The notes: generated by a model from the letters alone, not told the origin. Positions 1 through 9,202 are shown, counted from the first letter of the stretch. The stretch: DNA of 64,000 nt from Nitrososphaerota archaeon (GCA_016184315.1 JACPCU010000009.1:13330-77329); one strand, 5' to 3'. Made by a program: numbers and translations.

Positions 1-570
1 AGGGAGCTTCTAATCAAAGAGAGCAGAAGCGTAATCTCCACTTCAGCAAGAGCAATTGTGGCCGCTCACACTGGCAGGCTCAGTGACGCTGAAGCAGCTA
101 TCAAAGAGGCGAAGAAAAGTCTGTCTGACCTCAAAGAGGCTGCGACACCTGAATTGATGCGCTATCTTTCTCCCGCTGAAATGGAATACACGGAAGCTTC
201 AACAGTGTATGCCGTAGCCTCAGGCAAGTCATTGCCCAGCTCCAAAGAATTGAAGGTGGATGGCGGACCATACATTCTTGGGTTGCTGGACACTATCGGT
301 GAATTGAAGCGGATGATCTACGACAGGATCAGGGAGGGAAAGTCTAGGGAGGCTTCATATCTATTCGAGCTGGCTGAGCAACTATACTTGATGCTGGCGC
401 CCACTGCTGTGCATGACCATGTTGTCCCAGGTGTAAGGAAGAAGCTTGATGTTGCAAGGGTTCTGATCGAAGGCACCAGGGCTGCTATTACCGAAGAGGT
501 AAGGAGAGCTGAGCTGATCAAGCGCATCAAGCGAGCGGAGAAGGCCTTGGGCGGAAAGAGCGATGCCTGA
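1..570 (+). CDS. translin-family-like helical protein, 5'-partial (frame open to window edge)
   Basis: The frame of ORF 58..570 stays open back to nt 1 (RELLIKESRSVISTSARAIV...). The segments GLLDTIGELKRMIYDRI and VRKKLDVARVLIEGT resemble archaeal translin-like proteins. The stop overlaps the next start (ATGCCTGA). Confidence 0.45.
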   Translation, partial: RELLIKESRSVISTSARAIVAAHTGRLSDAEAAIKEAKKSLSDLKEAATPELMRYLSPAEMEYTEASTVYAVASGKSLPSSKELKVDGGPYILGLLDTIGELKRMIYDRIREGKSREASYLFELAEQLYLMLAPTAVHDHVVPGVRKKLDVARVLIEGTRAAITEEVRRAELIKRIKRAEKALGGKSDA

Positions 571-1222
571 CCAGAGCGCGCAGTTCTTCGACGAGCATCA
601 TCGGCGATTCTTCGAGTGGCTGCAGAAAGCTCTTGTTTCCCAGATACAAGGCAAGCGCTCCAAACTGAACACCGTTTCAACGGTTGTGGGTGTTGACGTT
701 GCCTACAGTAATGACATATCTGTGGCTGCTGCTGTAAGCTGGGATGTTGATGAGCGGAGGGTTGTCGAGGTTTCAAGGGTCAGGAGCATGGCTCTCTTTC
801 CGTATAGCGCAGGTTTTCTGTTTCTAAGGGAGGCACCAGTCATGGTAGCTGCAGTCAGAGGCATAGTGGAAAGGTTTGACGTCGTGTTAGTAGACGGTCA
901 TGGAATTGCTCATCCCCGAGAGGCGGGGTTGGCTGTCTTCGTCGGTGCCGCGCTAGGTATGCCTTCACTTGGAGTTGCGAAGTCGCTTCTGGTTGGAGAT
1001 CTTGGGGTCGTGGATAGGGGTATGCAGGAGATTACTCTTGATGGTTCTTTGGTAGGCTACGGGGTTAAGCCGAAAGACTCAAGAAGATATTTCGCTAGTC
1101 CCGGGTTCGGTTTAGACGTGGAAGACGTTGCCTATCTGCTCGGCGTATTGGGCGGGAGGTATCCAGAGGCGCTTAGGCAGGCTCATATAGAGGCTAGGCG
1201 TGGGTTGAAGGAAGTTGGATGA
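563..1222 (+). CDS. nfi: endonuclease V
   Basis: 219 aa. VGVDVAY and LVDGHGIAHPR segments are typical of endonuclease V. The gene is translationally coupled to both neighbours. Confidence 0.8.
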   Translation: MPDQSAQFFDEHHRRFFEWLQKALVSQIQGKRSKLNTVSTVVGVDVAYSNDISVAAAVSWDVDERRVVEVSRVRSMALFPYSAGFLFLREAPVMVAAVRGIVERFDVVLVDGHGIAHPREAGLAVFVGAALGMPSLGVAKSLLVGDLGVVDRGMQEITLDGSLVGYGVKPKDSRRYFASPGFGLDVEDVAYLLGVLGGRYPEALRQAHIEARRGLKEVG

Positions 1223-1922
1223 ACCCAAGTCCTCGCTGCTGCCTACTTTGTTAGAGCTGCTCTTGCTGGGCGCCAAAGATCGACCCGTGGAAATCTCTAC
1301 TGTGGAGCTGGCTGCGAAGATCGGGAAGTCGCAGCAGGCTGCGTCAAAGCATCTGTTGGAGCTTGAGAAAGACGGTTATTTGGAGCGGATGAAAGCCGGT
1401 TCAGTGACGGGAGTCAAACTTACACCTAGAGGAATTGATTCGGTCACCGGCCTCTACAGGGTTCTGAAAGCATCTCTTGAGGGTACGCCTCCTACCTTGG
1501 AGATCAAAGGCGAGATTTTCTCAGGACTGGGCGAAGGCGGCTACTACGTTTCCCATAGAGGCTACCGGAAGCAGTTCGTGAAGAAACTAGGGTTCGACCC
1601 CTATCCTGGAACTCTGAATGTTAGGCTCACTTCTCCTGTGGACAGGAAGCTGCGGGGAGAATTGGAGAAGCTTGACGGCATAACTATCGAAGGGTTTGAA
1701 GACGGTCAGCGGAGCTACGGTGGAGCCAAATGCTTCAAGGCCCTCATCAACGGTACAGCAGAATCTGCTGTGATCACCATTGAGCGGACTCACTACGACG
1801 ACTCGGTTCTGGAAATACTGTCGCCAGTCAAGCTAAGGGAGACTCTTAAGCTGCAGGATAAGAGCCCTGTAACGGTGATGGTCTACCTGACTTCCGATGA
1901 GACTCCTAAATCTGGTTCATGA
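1215..1922 (+). CDS. ribK: RbkR-type wHTH regulator fused to CTP-dependent riboflavin kinase
   Basis: 235 aa. An N-terminal wHTH (VELAAKIGKSQQAASKHLLELEKDGYLER) is fused to the archaeal riboflavin kinase core (GLGEGGYYV, GFDPYPGTLNV, ERTHY). Confidence 0.8.
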   Translation: MDEPKSSLLPTLLELLLLGAKDRPVEISTVELAAKIGKSQQAASKHLLELEKDGYLERMKAGSVTGVKLTPRGIDSVTGLYRVLKASLEGTPPTLEIKGEIFSGLGEGGYYVSHRGYRKQFVKKLGFDPYPGTLNVRLTSPVDRKLRGELEKLDGITIEGFEDGQRSYGGAKCFKALINGTAESAVITIERTHYDDSVLEILSPVKLRETLKLQDKSPVTVMVYLTSDETPKSGS

Positions 1923-2544
1923 CGTCCCGGTTATTCTTGATGGCTGAGCTCTTCAAATCTGGAACCGGGGTATCGAGTCTCACAACTTTTGCTCTTACGC
2001 CCCGCTTCAACGACTCGGCTCTAACAGTCTCCTCGTCATGCTTCTGATCATATCCTAGTGTAATGATATCTGGCTTCACTTTTGCAACAGTATCAAAGAT
2101 ATTGGTTTCACTACCCAGTATAGCTGCATCAACCATCCTGAGAGAACCAACTAGGCTTCGCCTGACTTGCTCGCTGTTCAAAGGCGGGGTCTTCCTTCTC
2201 TTAGCTGCTGTAGCGTCCCTGGCAACTGAAACTAGGAGTACGTCTCCCAACGCCTTGGAAGAAGTAAGAGTGTGAATGTGACCAGGGTGAATAATGTCAT
2301 ATACGCCTCCCGTAAACACGACTGCAATGGCTCTACGACCCTTCTCAGTTAACTTATAGCCCTCTCCCACCATCCTGATTAACCCCGCCTCCACTGCTTT
2401 TCCACACAGCATGTTGACATAGTCATCATCTATTCCCATGGTGCTCGCCACATTTTTCTCCGATGCTGGTCTGTCCTCTAGTGTTTTGACGAAGATCTGG
2501 GCCAACAGCCTTTTCACGCTCACTGTTGGATTAGTATCTACCAT
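1906..2544 (-). CDS. ribL: FAD synthase-like cytidylyltransferase (RibL-like) with an extra N-terminal wHTH-like domain
   Basis: 212 aa. It carries the HxGH nucleotidyltransferase motif GGVYDIIHPGHIHTL and ITLGYDQ. It converges on ribK with a 17-nt overlap. Confidence 0.65.
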   Translation of the reverse strand: MVDTNPTVSVKRLLAQIFVKTLEDRPASEKNVASTMGIDDDYVNMLCGKAVEAGLIRMVGEGYKLTEKGRRAIAVVFTGGVYDIIHPGHIHTLTSSKALGDVLLVSVARDATAAKRRKTPPLNSEQVRRSLVGSLRMVDAAILGSETNIFDTVAKVKPDIITLGYDQKHDEETVRAESLKRGVRAKVVRLDTPVPDLKSSAIKNNRDVMNQI

Positions 2545-3626
2545 TCTACTGCCAACTCGCCCTTGAATCTAAGAGCGTCAAGCAGCCCTTCGGCGTAGCC
2601 TACGCTGAGAACTGCCAGCTCGTCTTCACCTTCAGAAAGAAACCTCTCTGAGTCAGAAAGATAGCATTCAATATTCTCGAAGAGGTCCGCCAGTTTCTGC
2701 TGTTCTCCTTCACCAAGACCTGATCTAGCCTTCTGCAAGGCTTGCCTCGTCTTAGCCACATATTTAGGGACCATTCTAGCTGCTTTTTTCTTTACTCTAG
2801 AAGAGTTGTCGAGGAGGCTGTCAGGGGCCAACCCCGTGGCTCCTAGGGCTTCTTCTTCCGAAAAATGCAGTTTGCCCGGCACAACTATTGCGTGAGGGGG
2901 CTCACCAAAACTTGCTTGCGAAAGCCTTTCCAATCTTCCACCCGTGACAGATTGGTCTGCTCGCCCCAGTCTTGAAGCCACGATGATGAACGCCTCGCCG
3001 GTGAACACTTGCTGTCCCACATCTGCCTCCAGCTCAGCCAGTGCAGTCAACGCTTCGCTAGGCAATAGGAAAGATTTCGACGCATAGTCGTATTGGAGGA
3101 GAAGAGTGCTGTGAAGTCCAAGCAGAAGATTTCTGTGGACCGTGGAGTATGCGGTGCGGAGCAGTGTGGGCTGGGTGATCGTTAAGGTAACTGTTTTTCC
3201 GAATTTGTAGCTTTGGAGACCTGTTTCCCCCGGCAGAGCTGAGATGATTGATGCGTTATGGATTATCTTTGTTTGAATGTTTTTCTGAATGGCGCGAGTT
3301 CGGAGGTCGCTATGGGTGGTTGCCACCATAGGGTCTCCCGGGACTATCAGGGCTATCTCTTGAGTAGCTGCTTTGTCAAGGAGACTTCTCCCGTCCTCAA
3401 TGGTTTCACGGCTCAGGACTGTAACTTTCCTTCCGAGTTTCGCTGAAAGGCTCTTGGCGACATCTTCGCCTAGAGGACTGGTGTAAGCTTCAAGATAGAT
3501 GAGGTCTGCTTTCGAAAGCGTATCAAAGGCTCCTAGTGTTATGCCTTCGGCTCCTCCGAGTCCTAGGCCGACGAAGATCAGGGGGCACATCTGGGTAGCT
3601 GCGGAAAAAGTCTTGCCTATAAACAT
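2538..3626 (-). CDS. dphB: diphthine synthase with a C-terminal DUF357-like extension
   Basis: 362 aa. LIFVGLGLGGAEGITLGA, YLEAYTS and VPGDPMVATTH mark the tetrapyrrole-methylase fold of diphthine synthase. The last ~100 aa (ECYLSDSERFLSEGEDELAVLSVGYAEGLLDAL) form a separate helical domain. The true start is probably the internal Met (MCPLIF). Confidence 0.8.
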   Translation of the reverse strand: MFIGKTFSAATQMCPLIFVGLGLGGAEGITLGAFDTLSKADLIYLEAYTSPLGEDVAKSLSAKLGRKVTVLSRETIEDGRSLLDKAATQEIALIVPGDPMVATTHSDLRTRAIQKNIQTKIIHNASIISALPGETGLQSYKFGKTVTLTITQPTLLRTAYSTVHRNLLLGLHSTLLLQYDYASKSFLLPSEALTALAELEADVGQQVFTGEAFIIVASRLGRADQSVTGGRLERLSQASFGEPPHAIVVPGKLHFSEEEALGATGLAPDSLLDNSSRVKKKAARMVPKYVAKTRQALQKARSGLGEGEQQKLADLFENIECYLSDSERFLSEGEDELAVLSVGYAEGLLDALRFKGELAVEW

Positions 3627-3716
3627 CCATCATAAAATAGGGAAGTCTAGGGCGAGTGTCCTCTGATCGCCCTAGGTCGATATTTGCTACTGGTCTTCTT
3701 GTGAGTAATCTGTCTT

Positions 3717-4238
3717 CTAGCTCTTGGGTACGGGGTAGACGAGTTCTCCGCCAGCAGTCTGGAGAGATGGCTGTCTGCGCACGTCGGCGCCTTTAGTCTT
3801 CCAGAAGATTTCTGCTATCTTCTGCACTGTCGCTAGGAGGTCTTGAGCTGCCTTCATGTCTACTTCCTGTCTCGCTTTGGAGGCGATCTTCAATGCGTTC
3901 CAGAAGAGGTCGTGGAGCTCGGGATACTGTTTGACGTGATCGGGCTTAAAGTAGTCTCCCCATAAGATGCGCAGCTCACGTTTCACTTGCTCCGCGTGGT
4001 CCTCCTTGACTCTCACGTATCTGCTGAGTTTGGCTTCGTAGGTGGCAACTTCTGCGGTAGCCGCGTTTGCACCAGGCTTGGGCAGTTCGTTGATCAGCTG
4101 GATCATTCGGATGACGGTCAGTGCGCCTAGCTGGGCGTCGTGGGGATCGTAGATGCCGCAGGGGATGTCGCAGTGGGCTTGAACCGTGTGGATAGGGTAT
4201 GCTCTTTCAACTATGTTTGAGAAAATGTGTTTAAACAT
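3717..4238 (-). CDS. sodN: nickel superoxide dismutase precursor
   Basis: 173 aa. A 21-aa leader ends in TVQA and is followed by the Ni-hook HCDIPCGIYDP. LWGDYFKPDHVKQYPELH matches the NiSOD family. Confidence 0.85.
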   Translation of the reverse strand: MFKHIFSNIVERAYPIHTVQAHCDIPCGIYDPHDAQLGALTVIRMIQLINELPKPGANAATAEVATYEAKLSRYVRVKEDHAEQVKRELRILWGDYFKPDHVKQYPELHDLFWNALKIASKARQEVDMKAAQDLLATVQKIAEIFWKTKGADVRRQPSLQTAGGELVYPVPKS

Positions 4239-4261
4239 GTTCTTCGCTCGTATAAGTATCC

Positions 4262-4270
4262 TTTATAAAA
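4262..4270 (+). promoter_or_regulatory. TATA-like box (TTTATAAAA) in the sodN/sodX divergent intergenic region
   Basis: An AT-rich octamer-like element lies ~37 nt upstream of the sodX start. This spacing fits an archaeal promoter with a short leader. Confidence 0.35.
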
Positions 4271-4306
4271 TTTAACTTCTTCTATGGTTTTGGCTGCATA
4301 GTGTAG

Positions 4307-4765
4307 ATGGTGGGTCTTCTAAGCTCCGTTGCCTATTCTGTTGCTAGACCTGTTCACTTACTCACTGGATTCAGGATAGAGGTGAAGGATAGGAGCATGG
4401 AGCCCCTCTATCCTGCTGGCACTAGGTTATGGGTAAGCAGAATCGCTTACTTGCTTCGGGAACCGCGTCGAGGAGATGTAGTTGTTGTCCGCAGAATGGG
4501 TGGATCGGATTTGATTGTGTTGAAACGGGTTGTAGGTCTGCCGGGTGAACGGGTGTCTTGGACTACTCATGGGCTAAATATTGATGGGGTTGCCTTCTGG
4601 GAACATTATGTTTCCAGTGTTCCTGTGCCTGGAGATGAGTATCCTGTAGAACATCAACTTGGGTTGGACGAATATTATGTGCTTGGTGACAACAGACTTT
4701 ACAGCGAAGATTCGAGGCACTACGGTCCTGTTAAGAGCTCTATGATACTTGGGAAAGTTGTCTAG
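4307..4765 (+). CDS. sodX: S26 signal-peptidase-like NiSOD maturation protease
   Basis: 152 aa. It has S26 motifs RSMEP, LKRVVGLPGE and GDNRLYSEDSRHYGPV. It is divergent from sodN, as in known sodN-sodX pairs. Confidence 0.7.
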   Translation: MVGLLSSVAYSVARPVHLLTGFRIEVKDRSMEPLYPAGTRLWVSRIAYLLREPRRGDVVVVRRMGGSDLIVLKRVVGLPGERVSWTTHGLNIDGVAFWEHYVSSVPVPGDEYPVEHQLGLDEYYVLGDNRLYSEDSRHYGPVKSSMILGKVV

Positions 4766-6483
4766 TGTGGCTTGATGCCGGTTATGACTACGCTTTCCGC
4801 TCCAAAGGTTCTGGTAAGTCGTTTTGTGTTGTCAGAGGAGCTTCCTGAGAAATAGTCAAGCCTTTTGATAATCTCCACGTCTTTGAACCCTGTGTCCTTT
4901 ATTAGTTTCAGATAATTGCCTTCGACTGCTGCTCCTCCTATGCAGTCTGCCCAGAGCTGAGGTATGAGGCCGCAGACCTTTTGAACGTCTTTCTGAACGA
5001 CGATGTCAGCTATCTGGATCCTTCCCCCTGGTTTGAGGACACGGTAGATCTCTTGGAACGCTTTCTTCTTCTCGGGGACAAGGTTGAGGACTCCGTTGCT
5101 GGTGGCTACGTCGATGCTGTCGTTTTCCAGTGGTATTTTCGATGCGTCGCCTTTTACGATTTTGACGTTTTTCGCGCCCATCTTAGCTATGTTACTCCGG
5201 GCTTTTTCGATCATAGCATCAGTGATGTCCAAGCCCGTCACGCTACCTTCAGAACCCGTTCGGAGAGAAGCAACCAAGATGTCTGTTCCTGAGCCAGATC
5301 CTATGTCAAGGACTTTGCTGCCGGGTTTGATGGAGTTGCTCCGATGAGGATATCCGACGCCAGCGAAGGATTCTACAGCGGTCTCAGGTATCTTGTTCAG
5401 CTCTTCCTCCGGGTATCCTACTAGTAGGGCTGCCTTCCTTCCCAAGGGGAAGTGATAGGCTTTGCTGGGGTTGGTGGCTACTTCGGTGTAAAGGTTCTTC
5501 ACAGCCTTGGTGATGATCTTCCCGGCGTCAGCCTCAGCTACCTTTGCTGTCTCTGTGACATGGGATGCGTTGAGCTGTTCGAGTGTTAAAGCCTTCGCTT
5601 TACCACTTGTGTCTGTCGATTTCCAGAAGATGCCTTCGAATTCAAAGCTCTTCTTTTCGAGCAGTGTTCCCTTGGCGAGAATATTGAGTCGTCTCTCCGC
5701 ATCCTCCTCTGTTATCTGAAAGACCTCTGCGATCTCTTTAGCTGGGACAATGTTTCCACGGTGCCGCTCAAAGTAGGCTAGGATATCTACAGGTATGTTC
5801 TTGCGGAGCTTGCCTTCGGTGATGCTTTCAACTGCTTGCTCATACTTGTCTGACGTGAAGACTTCTCCAATCGCCTTCTTCTTGCCATTCTTCTTGTTGA
5901 CTAAGACCAGTGTGAGGAAGTTGACGTTCATCGCTTTCATATCTTCTTTGAAGAGCTTCTCTGGTTTGCCCGATTTGATGTCTTTCTTGAGTTGATCTGT
6001 GTCTAGTCCTACTTCTTTTGCAAGGGGGAGGTATACTTCCTCTTTGTTTCCGTTCTTTGCTTCTACTTGGATTACTTCAATTAGTCTGCGGAGGAGGTGT
6101 TCAGCCTGTTTTTCGTTCTGCATCTGGGCTGCTTTCACAGCGATGCATGCTGGCCACGTGGTATCTACTTTGGTTTTTACATAGTAGTCTGGGTTAGTGG
6201 GCATCTTTGTCATTGATGTGCTGTCGCTAATCCAAGATCCAAGGGCTCCGTCTTCGGCGACGTCATATTCTTTTCTCCATTCGTGAATATTGTTGGTTAT
6301 GCCTCCCATCTTGTATGCTACTTTGATCTGGTCTCCGTATACTTCTTTGAGGCGCTGCAGGATGGGTTCAAAGCCCCAGCTCCAAAAACACCAAGGGTCC
6401 GCGAAGTGAATTATTTCTACTACGTGTTGTTCGCCTTGATTCTTCAAAGGCGATCGTCGCATGGCAGCAGATTTGTTTGACAC
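4762..6483 (-). CDS. arsM: three-domain fusion: DsbA-like thioredoxin fold + wHTH-like segment + arsenite-type SAM methyltransferase
   Basis: 573 aa. The N-terminus has HFADPWCFWSW (DsbA-like). The centre has AKEIAEVFQITEEDAERRL (HTH-like). The C-terminus has ESFAGVGYP, VLDIGSGSGTDILVAS and WADCIGGA, typical of ArsM-type class I methyltransferases. Confidence 0.65.
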   Translation of the reverse strand: MSNKSAAMRRSPLKNQGEQHVVEIIHFADPWCFWSWGFEPILQRLKEVYGDQIKVAYKMGGITNNIHEWRKEYDVAEDGALGSWISDSTSMTKMPTNPDYYVKTKVDTTWPACIAVKAAQMQNEKQAEHLLRRLIEVIQVEAKNGNKEEVYLPLAKEVGLDTDQLKKDIKSGKPEKLFKEDMKAMNVNFLTLVLVNKKNGKKKAIGEVFTSDKYEQAVESITEGKLRKNIPVDILAYFERHRGNIVPAKEIAEVFQITEEDAERRLNILAKGTLLEKKSFEFEGIFWKSTDTSGKAKALTLEQLNASHVTETAKVAEADAGKIITKAVKNLYTEVATNPSKAYHFPLGRKAALLVGYPEEELNKIPETAVESFAGVGYPHRSNSIKPGSKVLDIGSGSGTDILVASLRTGSEGSVTGLDITDAMIEKARSNIAKMGAKNVKIVKGDASKIPLENDSIDVATSNGVLNLVPEKKKAFQEIYRVLKPGGRIQIADIVVQKDVQKVCGLIPQLWADCIGGAAVEGNYLKLIKDTGFKDVEIIKRLDYFSGSSSDNTKRLTRTFGAESVVITGIKPH

Positions 6484-6586
6484 TTTTTAAACCTTGGTCA
6501 AAGAAGGAAAATATTTTGTTACTCATTGAATATCTTTTGTCCATGTCCATCATAGGAGAGCTCAGGCGCGGATACCCGAGAAACTG

Positions 6587-6945
6587 GTGTCGAAGGCTAA
6601 AGACATAATGTGGATCCAATCAGTTTACTATGGGAATAACCCGGATTTGGTGGCAAGTGTTAACTTTGATTCTCTAGTTCTGCAGGCTCACTACGAGCAG
6701 GTTCCTGCTAAGGGTTCGACTACTGTTCACAGACATGGCGAGACCATTGTCCAAATACTGGAAGGTCATGGTCATAGTGAGATCCATGGGCGATTGGTTG
6801 AATTGGGAACCTGGTGATTTAGTGCTTATCCCTGCTGGTGCGTGACATAAGCATTGGTGTCATGGCGATAAGCCGGTGAAGTTCTTGGCCATCAGCACTT
6901 CTAGGTTGCTGAGGCACTCTTGGGACGAGAAGTAACGGAGGAACG
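6587..6945 (+). pseudogene. cupin-domain gene disrupted by a frameshift (~6800-6817) and an in-frame TGA (6853-6855)
   Basis: Frame A gives HRHGETIVQILEGHGHSEIHGRLVELGTW*. The adjacent frame continues the cupin as EPGDLVLIPAGA*HKHWCHGDKPVKFLAIS, with the PxGxxH motif interrupted by TGA. Confidence 0.6.
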
Positions 6946-7130
6946 TGGCTACAAGACGTATGCGGAGCTGAAAGCCGAGTAGCCATAGGAAAGACTGGTT
7001 TTGCATGAATAGTGGTTTCTATCTGGAAAACCATGGATTTCTACTGTTTGGTAACTTGGATTGGTTTATTTGTTTGTAATCATAGTGTGGAGTTAATTTT
7101 ATATTAAACTTAGCATACAAAAACGTTGTA

Positions 7131-8360
7131 ATGGTCAACACCGTGACTGCCGCGTCTCTGATTGCTCTTATCGTCGCAGCTGCGTCATTTGGCTACGCTA
7201 GTTTTGCTGTTTCAGGAGAAGCAGGGCAGCTCAGAACCCAGATTAAGCAGATCGATCAGAACTTGGCAACGGTTCAGAAGGATATCGGTGAGTTGAAGAG
7301 CAGCCTCCAGAGGTCCTTGGAGGAGACTAGGAAGATAGCTGCTGAAAGAGAGGCGCTCATACAGCAGATAACGCCCTTCGATCCTGCTCTTGTGGCGGCT
7401 GCGATCAAGGAAGGTGGTCTTACTATCTACTCGGTCAGAGATCAGGAGGACATAGTGGTGCTGTCACAGGAATTTCAGAAGAAGTTTCCGGGCATAAAGG
7501 TGAGTTTCTTTAATGCTAGGGAGCTTGAGCTTCTGGCTAGGATCACTGCGGAAGCGAAGCAGTCTCAGTCCACTTGGGATATCTATGATGCTGGCGCTAG
7601 GGTTTTGGGTGCTGCTGCGAACATAGGTGCTACTCAACGTTACGTGTCTAAGCAGTATACTCCGGAGAACTTTCCTATTGTTGATCCTGATAGGTTCTTT
7701 TATGGTGCGACGATCCCGGTGATGATCTATAATCCTAAGCTGGTGAAGAAGAGTGACTTGGATGCGGTTAAGACGTGGGAGGATGTTCCTAAGCTGGCTG
7801 CTAAGTATCAGGGTAAGGTCCTTATGGATCATCCGACGCGTCTAGGTTCGCATACTCAGATTCTGGGTGAATTGAAGAGTTATTGGAAGGATGATTCGAG
7901 GTGGAGCAAGTATCTGGGCGAGCTGAAGGCTCTTGGCGCAAGGATGTTCAAGAGTACTGGTGAGATTGGGCGGCTCATTATTTCTGAGGAGGGCTCTATT
8001 GGCATAGTGGGCTTGCTGCACGATGTGTTGCAGGCTAGGGTCAGAGGCAGCCCCCTTGAATTCATGCCTGTGTCTCCTCTTGTGGTGCAGCCTTTTGGGG
8101 TTGTCATCTCCAAGAACGCGCCTCACCCCAATTCTGCGAAACTGTTGGTCGAGTTCATGCTGAGCCCTGACGGTCAAGAAGTCTTCTCCAGGGCTTTCCG
8201 TTCACCTATGAGGACTGGGTTTGTCTCCAAATCTTCTGGCAGCGTGCTCTTCCCGAATGTTCCTTCGAACCAGATAATTGGCACCTTGAATCAGGAGCTC
8301 CTCGCAGATCCGCAGGACTTCGCCAAAAGGTATCTTGAGCCTGTTTTCGGGCCTGCTTGA
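7131..8360 (+). CDS. membrane-anchored ABC-transporter solute-binding protein (family 1, iron(III)-type fold likely)
   Basis: 409 aa. It has an N-terminal TM helix, then a coiled-coil linker, then a periplasmic-binding-protein-like body (SVRDQEDIVVLSQEFQKKFPGIKV, TWDIYDAG). No permease or ATPase genes are adjacent. Confidence 0.55.
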   Translation: MVNTVTAASLIALIVAAASFGYASFAVSGEAGQLRTQIKQIDQNLATVQKDIGELKSSLQRSLEETRKIAAEREALIQQITPFDPALVAAAIKEGGLTIYSVRDQEDIVVLSQEFQKKFPGIKVSFFNARELELLARITAEAKQSQSTWDIYDAGARVLGAAANIGATQRYVSKQYTPENFPIVDPDRFFYGATIPVMIYNPKLVKKSDLDAVKTWEDVPKLAAKYQGKVLMDHPTRLGSHTQILGELKSYWKDDSRWSKYLGELKALGARMFKSTGEIGRLIISEEGSIGIVGLLHDVLQARVRGSPLEFMPVSPLVVQPFGVVISKNAPHPNSAKLLVEFMLSPDGQEVFSRAFRSPMRTGFVSKSSGSVLFPNVPSNQIIGTLNQELLADPQDFAKRYLEPVFGPA

Positions 8361-8648
8361 AGGATAGGTTCAGGTTCCTAGGTTGACCATCTAGGCTGTG
8401 AGCTTGTTCTACTGCATAGTCTGAGGGGGATGGATCATGTTCCGGGGATTGAGCCTCTTAACTCTGTTATGTGTAAGCGCTGTTGAATTCCCGGGGTTTG
8501 CCGGTTTTCACACGCTGGCAAAGAACTGGTCTAGGGGGGCTATATAATGCGGGCAAAGCGAAGACGCCCCTATGCTTGAGCAGAAACGTTGTTTTGGAAA
8601 CTAAGCTGTTGACATCAGCTAATAGTATTAGTATATCTCTAGTGCTAG

Positions 8649-9164
8649 ATGTTTCGGAGTTGGATGGCTCTGTCGGGGCAAGGAGAGTTCAGTTTGATGC
8701 CGGTGGGTGTTGTTAGGACCAAATCTTCTGATGAAGAGGTTCGTGGTTGGGATCATAGCTATGAGTCCATAGTTGAGATTCTTCCCGAGTTTGAGGGTGC
8801 TTTGGATGGGTTGGATGGTTATTCGCATCTCTTCGTGCTGTGTTTCTTGAACAGGGTTAGTCCTGAGGATAGGACGACTCTCAAAGTGAGGCCTAGAAGG
8901 CTTCTGCGTAAGGGTTTCAAGCTTGAGGATCTTCCTTTGAAGGGTGTCTTCGCGTTGGATTCGCCTGTTAGGCCGAATCCTATTGGGTTGAGTTTGGTGA
9001 AACTGGTTCGCAGGGAGGGTAGGATGCTGGTGGTTGAAGGCTTGGATTACTTTGATGGCACTCCTGTGCTGGATGTGAAGCCGTATCAGCCTGAGCATAG
9101 GGTTGAGGAGGTTAGTGTTCCGGAGTGGTATCAGGATCTGAGGGATAGGGCTGGTCGAATCTAG
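8649..9164 (+). CDS. trmO: TsaA/TrmO-family tRNA methyltransferase
   Basis: 171 aa. YSHLFVLCFLN, RPNPIGLSLVKLV and LDGTPVLDVKPY are hallmark segments of the TsaA/UPF0066 family. The start may be an internal Met. Confidence 0.75.
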   Translation: MFRSWMALSGQGEFSLMPVGVVRTKSSDEEVRGWDHSYESIVEILPEFEGALDGLDGYSHLFVLCFLNRVSPEDRTTLKVRPRRLLRKGFKLEDLPLKGVFALDSPVRPNPIGLSLVKLVRREGRMLVVEGLDYFDGTPVLDVKPYQPEHRVEEVSVPEWYQDLRDRAGRI

Positions 9165-9202
9165 CTGGTTGACATTGTTGTAGGTTGCTTCGGAATTGGA
9201 GG

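Noticed and set aside
318-776. Many ORF-track entries lie antisense to, or are nested in other frames of, well-supported genes. Examples are 318..776(-), 8628..9245(-), 9407..9844(+), 14851..15456(-), 36712..37245(+) and 41653..42012(+).
   Set aside because: Each overlaps a longer ORF with clear family motifs on the other strand or frame. Their translations are low-complexity (S/P/R/L-rich) with no motifs. I treated them as shadow ORFs.
6853-6855. The idea that in-frame TGAs (6853, 52030, also 31433) reflect TGA recoding, either selenocysteine or an alternative genetic code.
   Set aside because: TGA terminates many well-delimited genes here (for example 58..570, 563..1222 and 1215..1922, with coupled downstream starts). 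The affected proteins are not selenoprotein families. I saw no SECIS-like context. Nonsense mutation or sequencing error is the simpler explanation.
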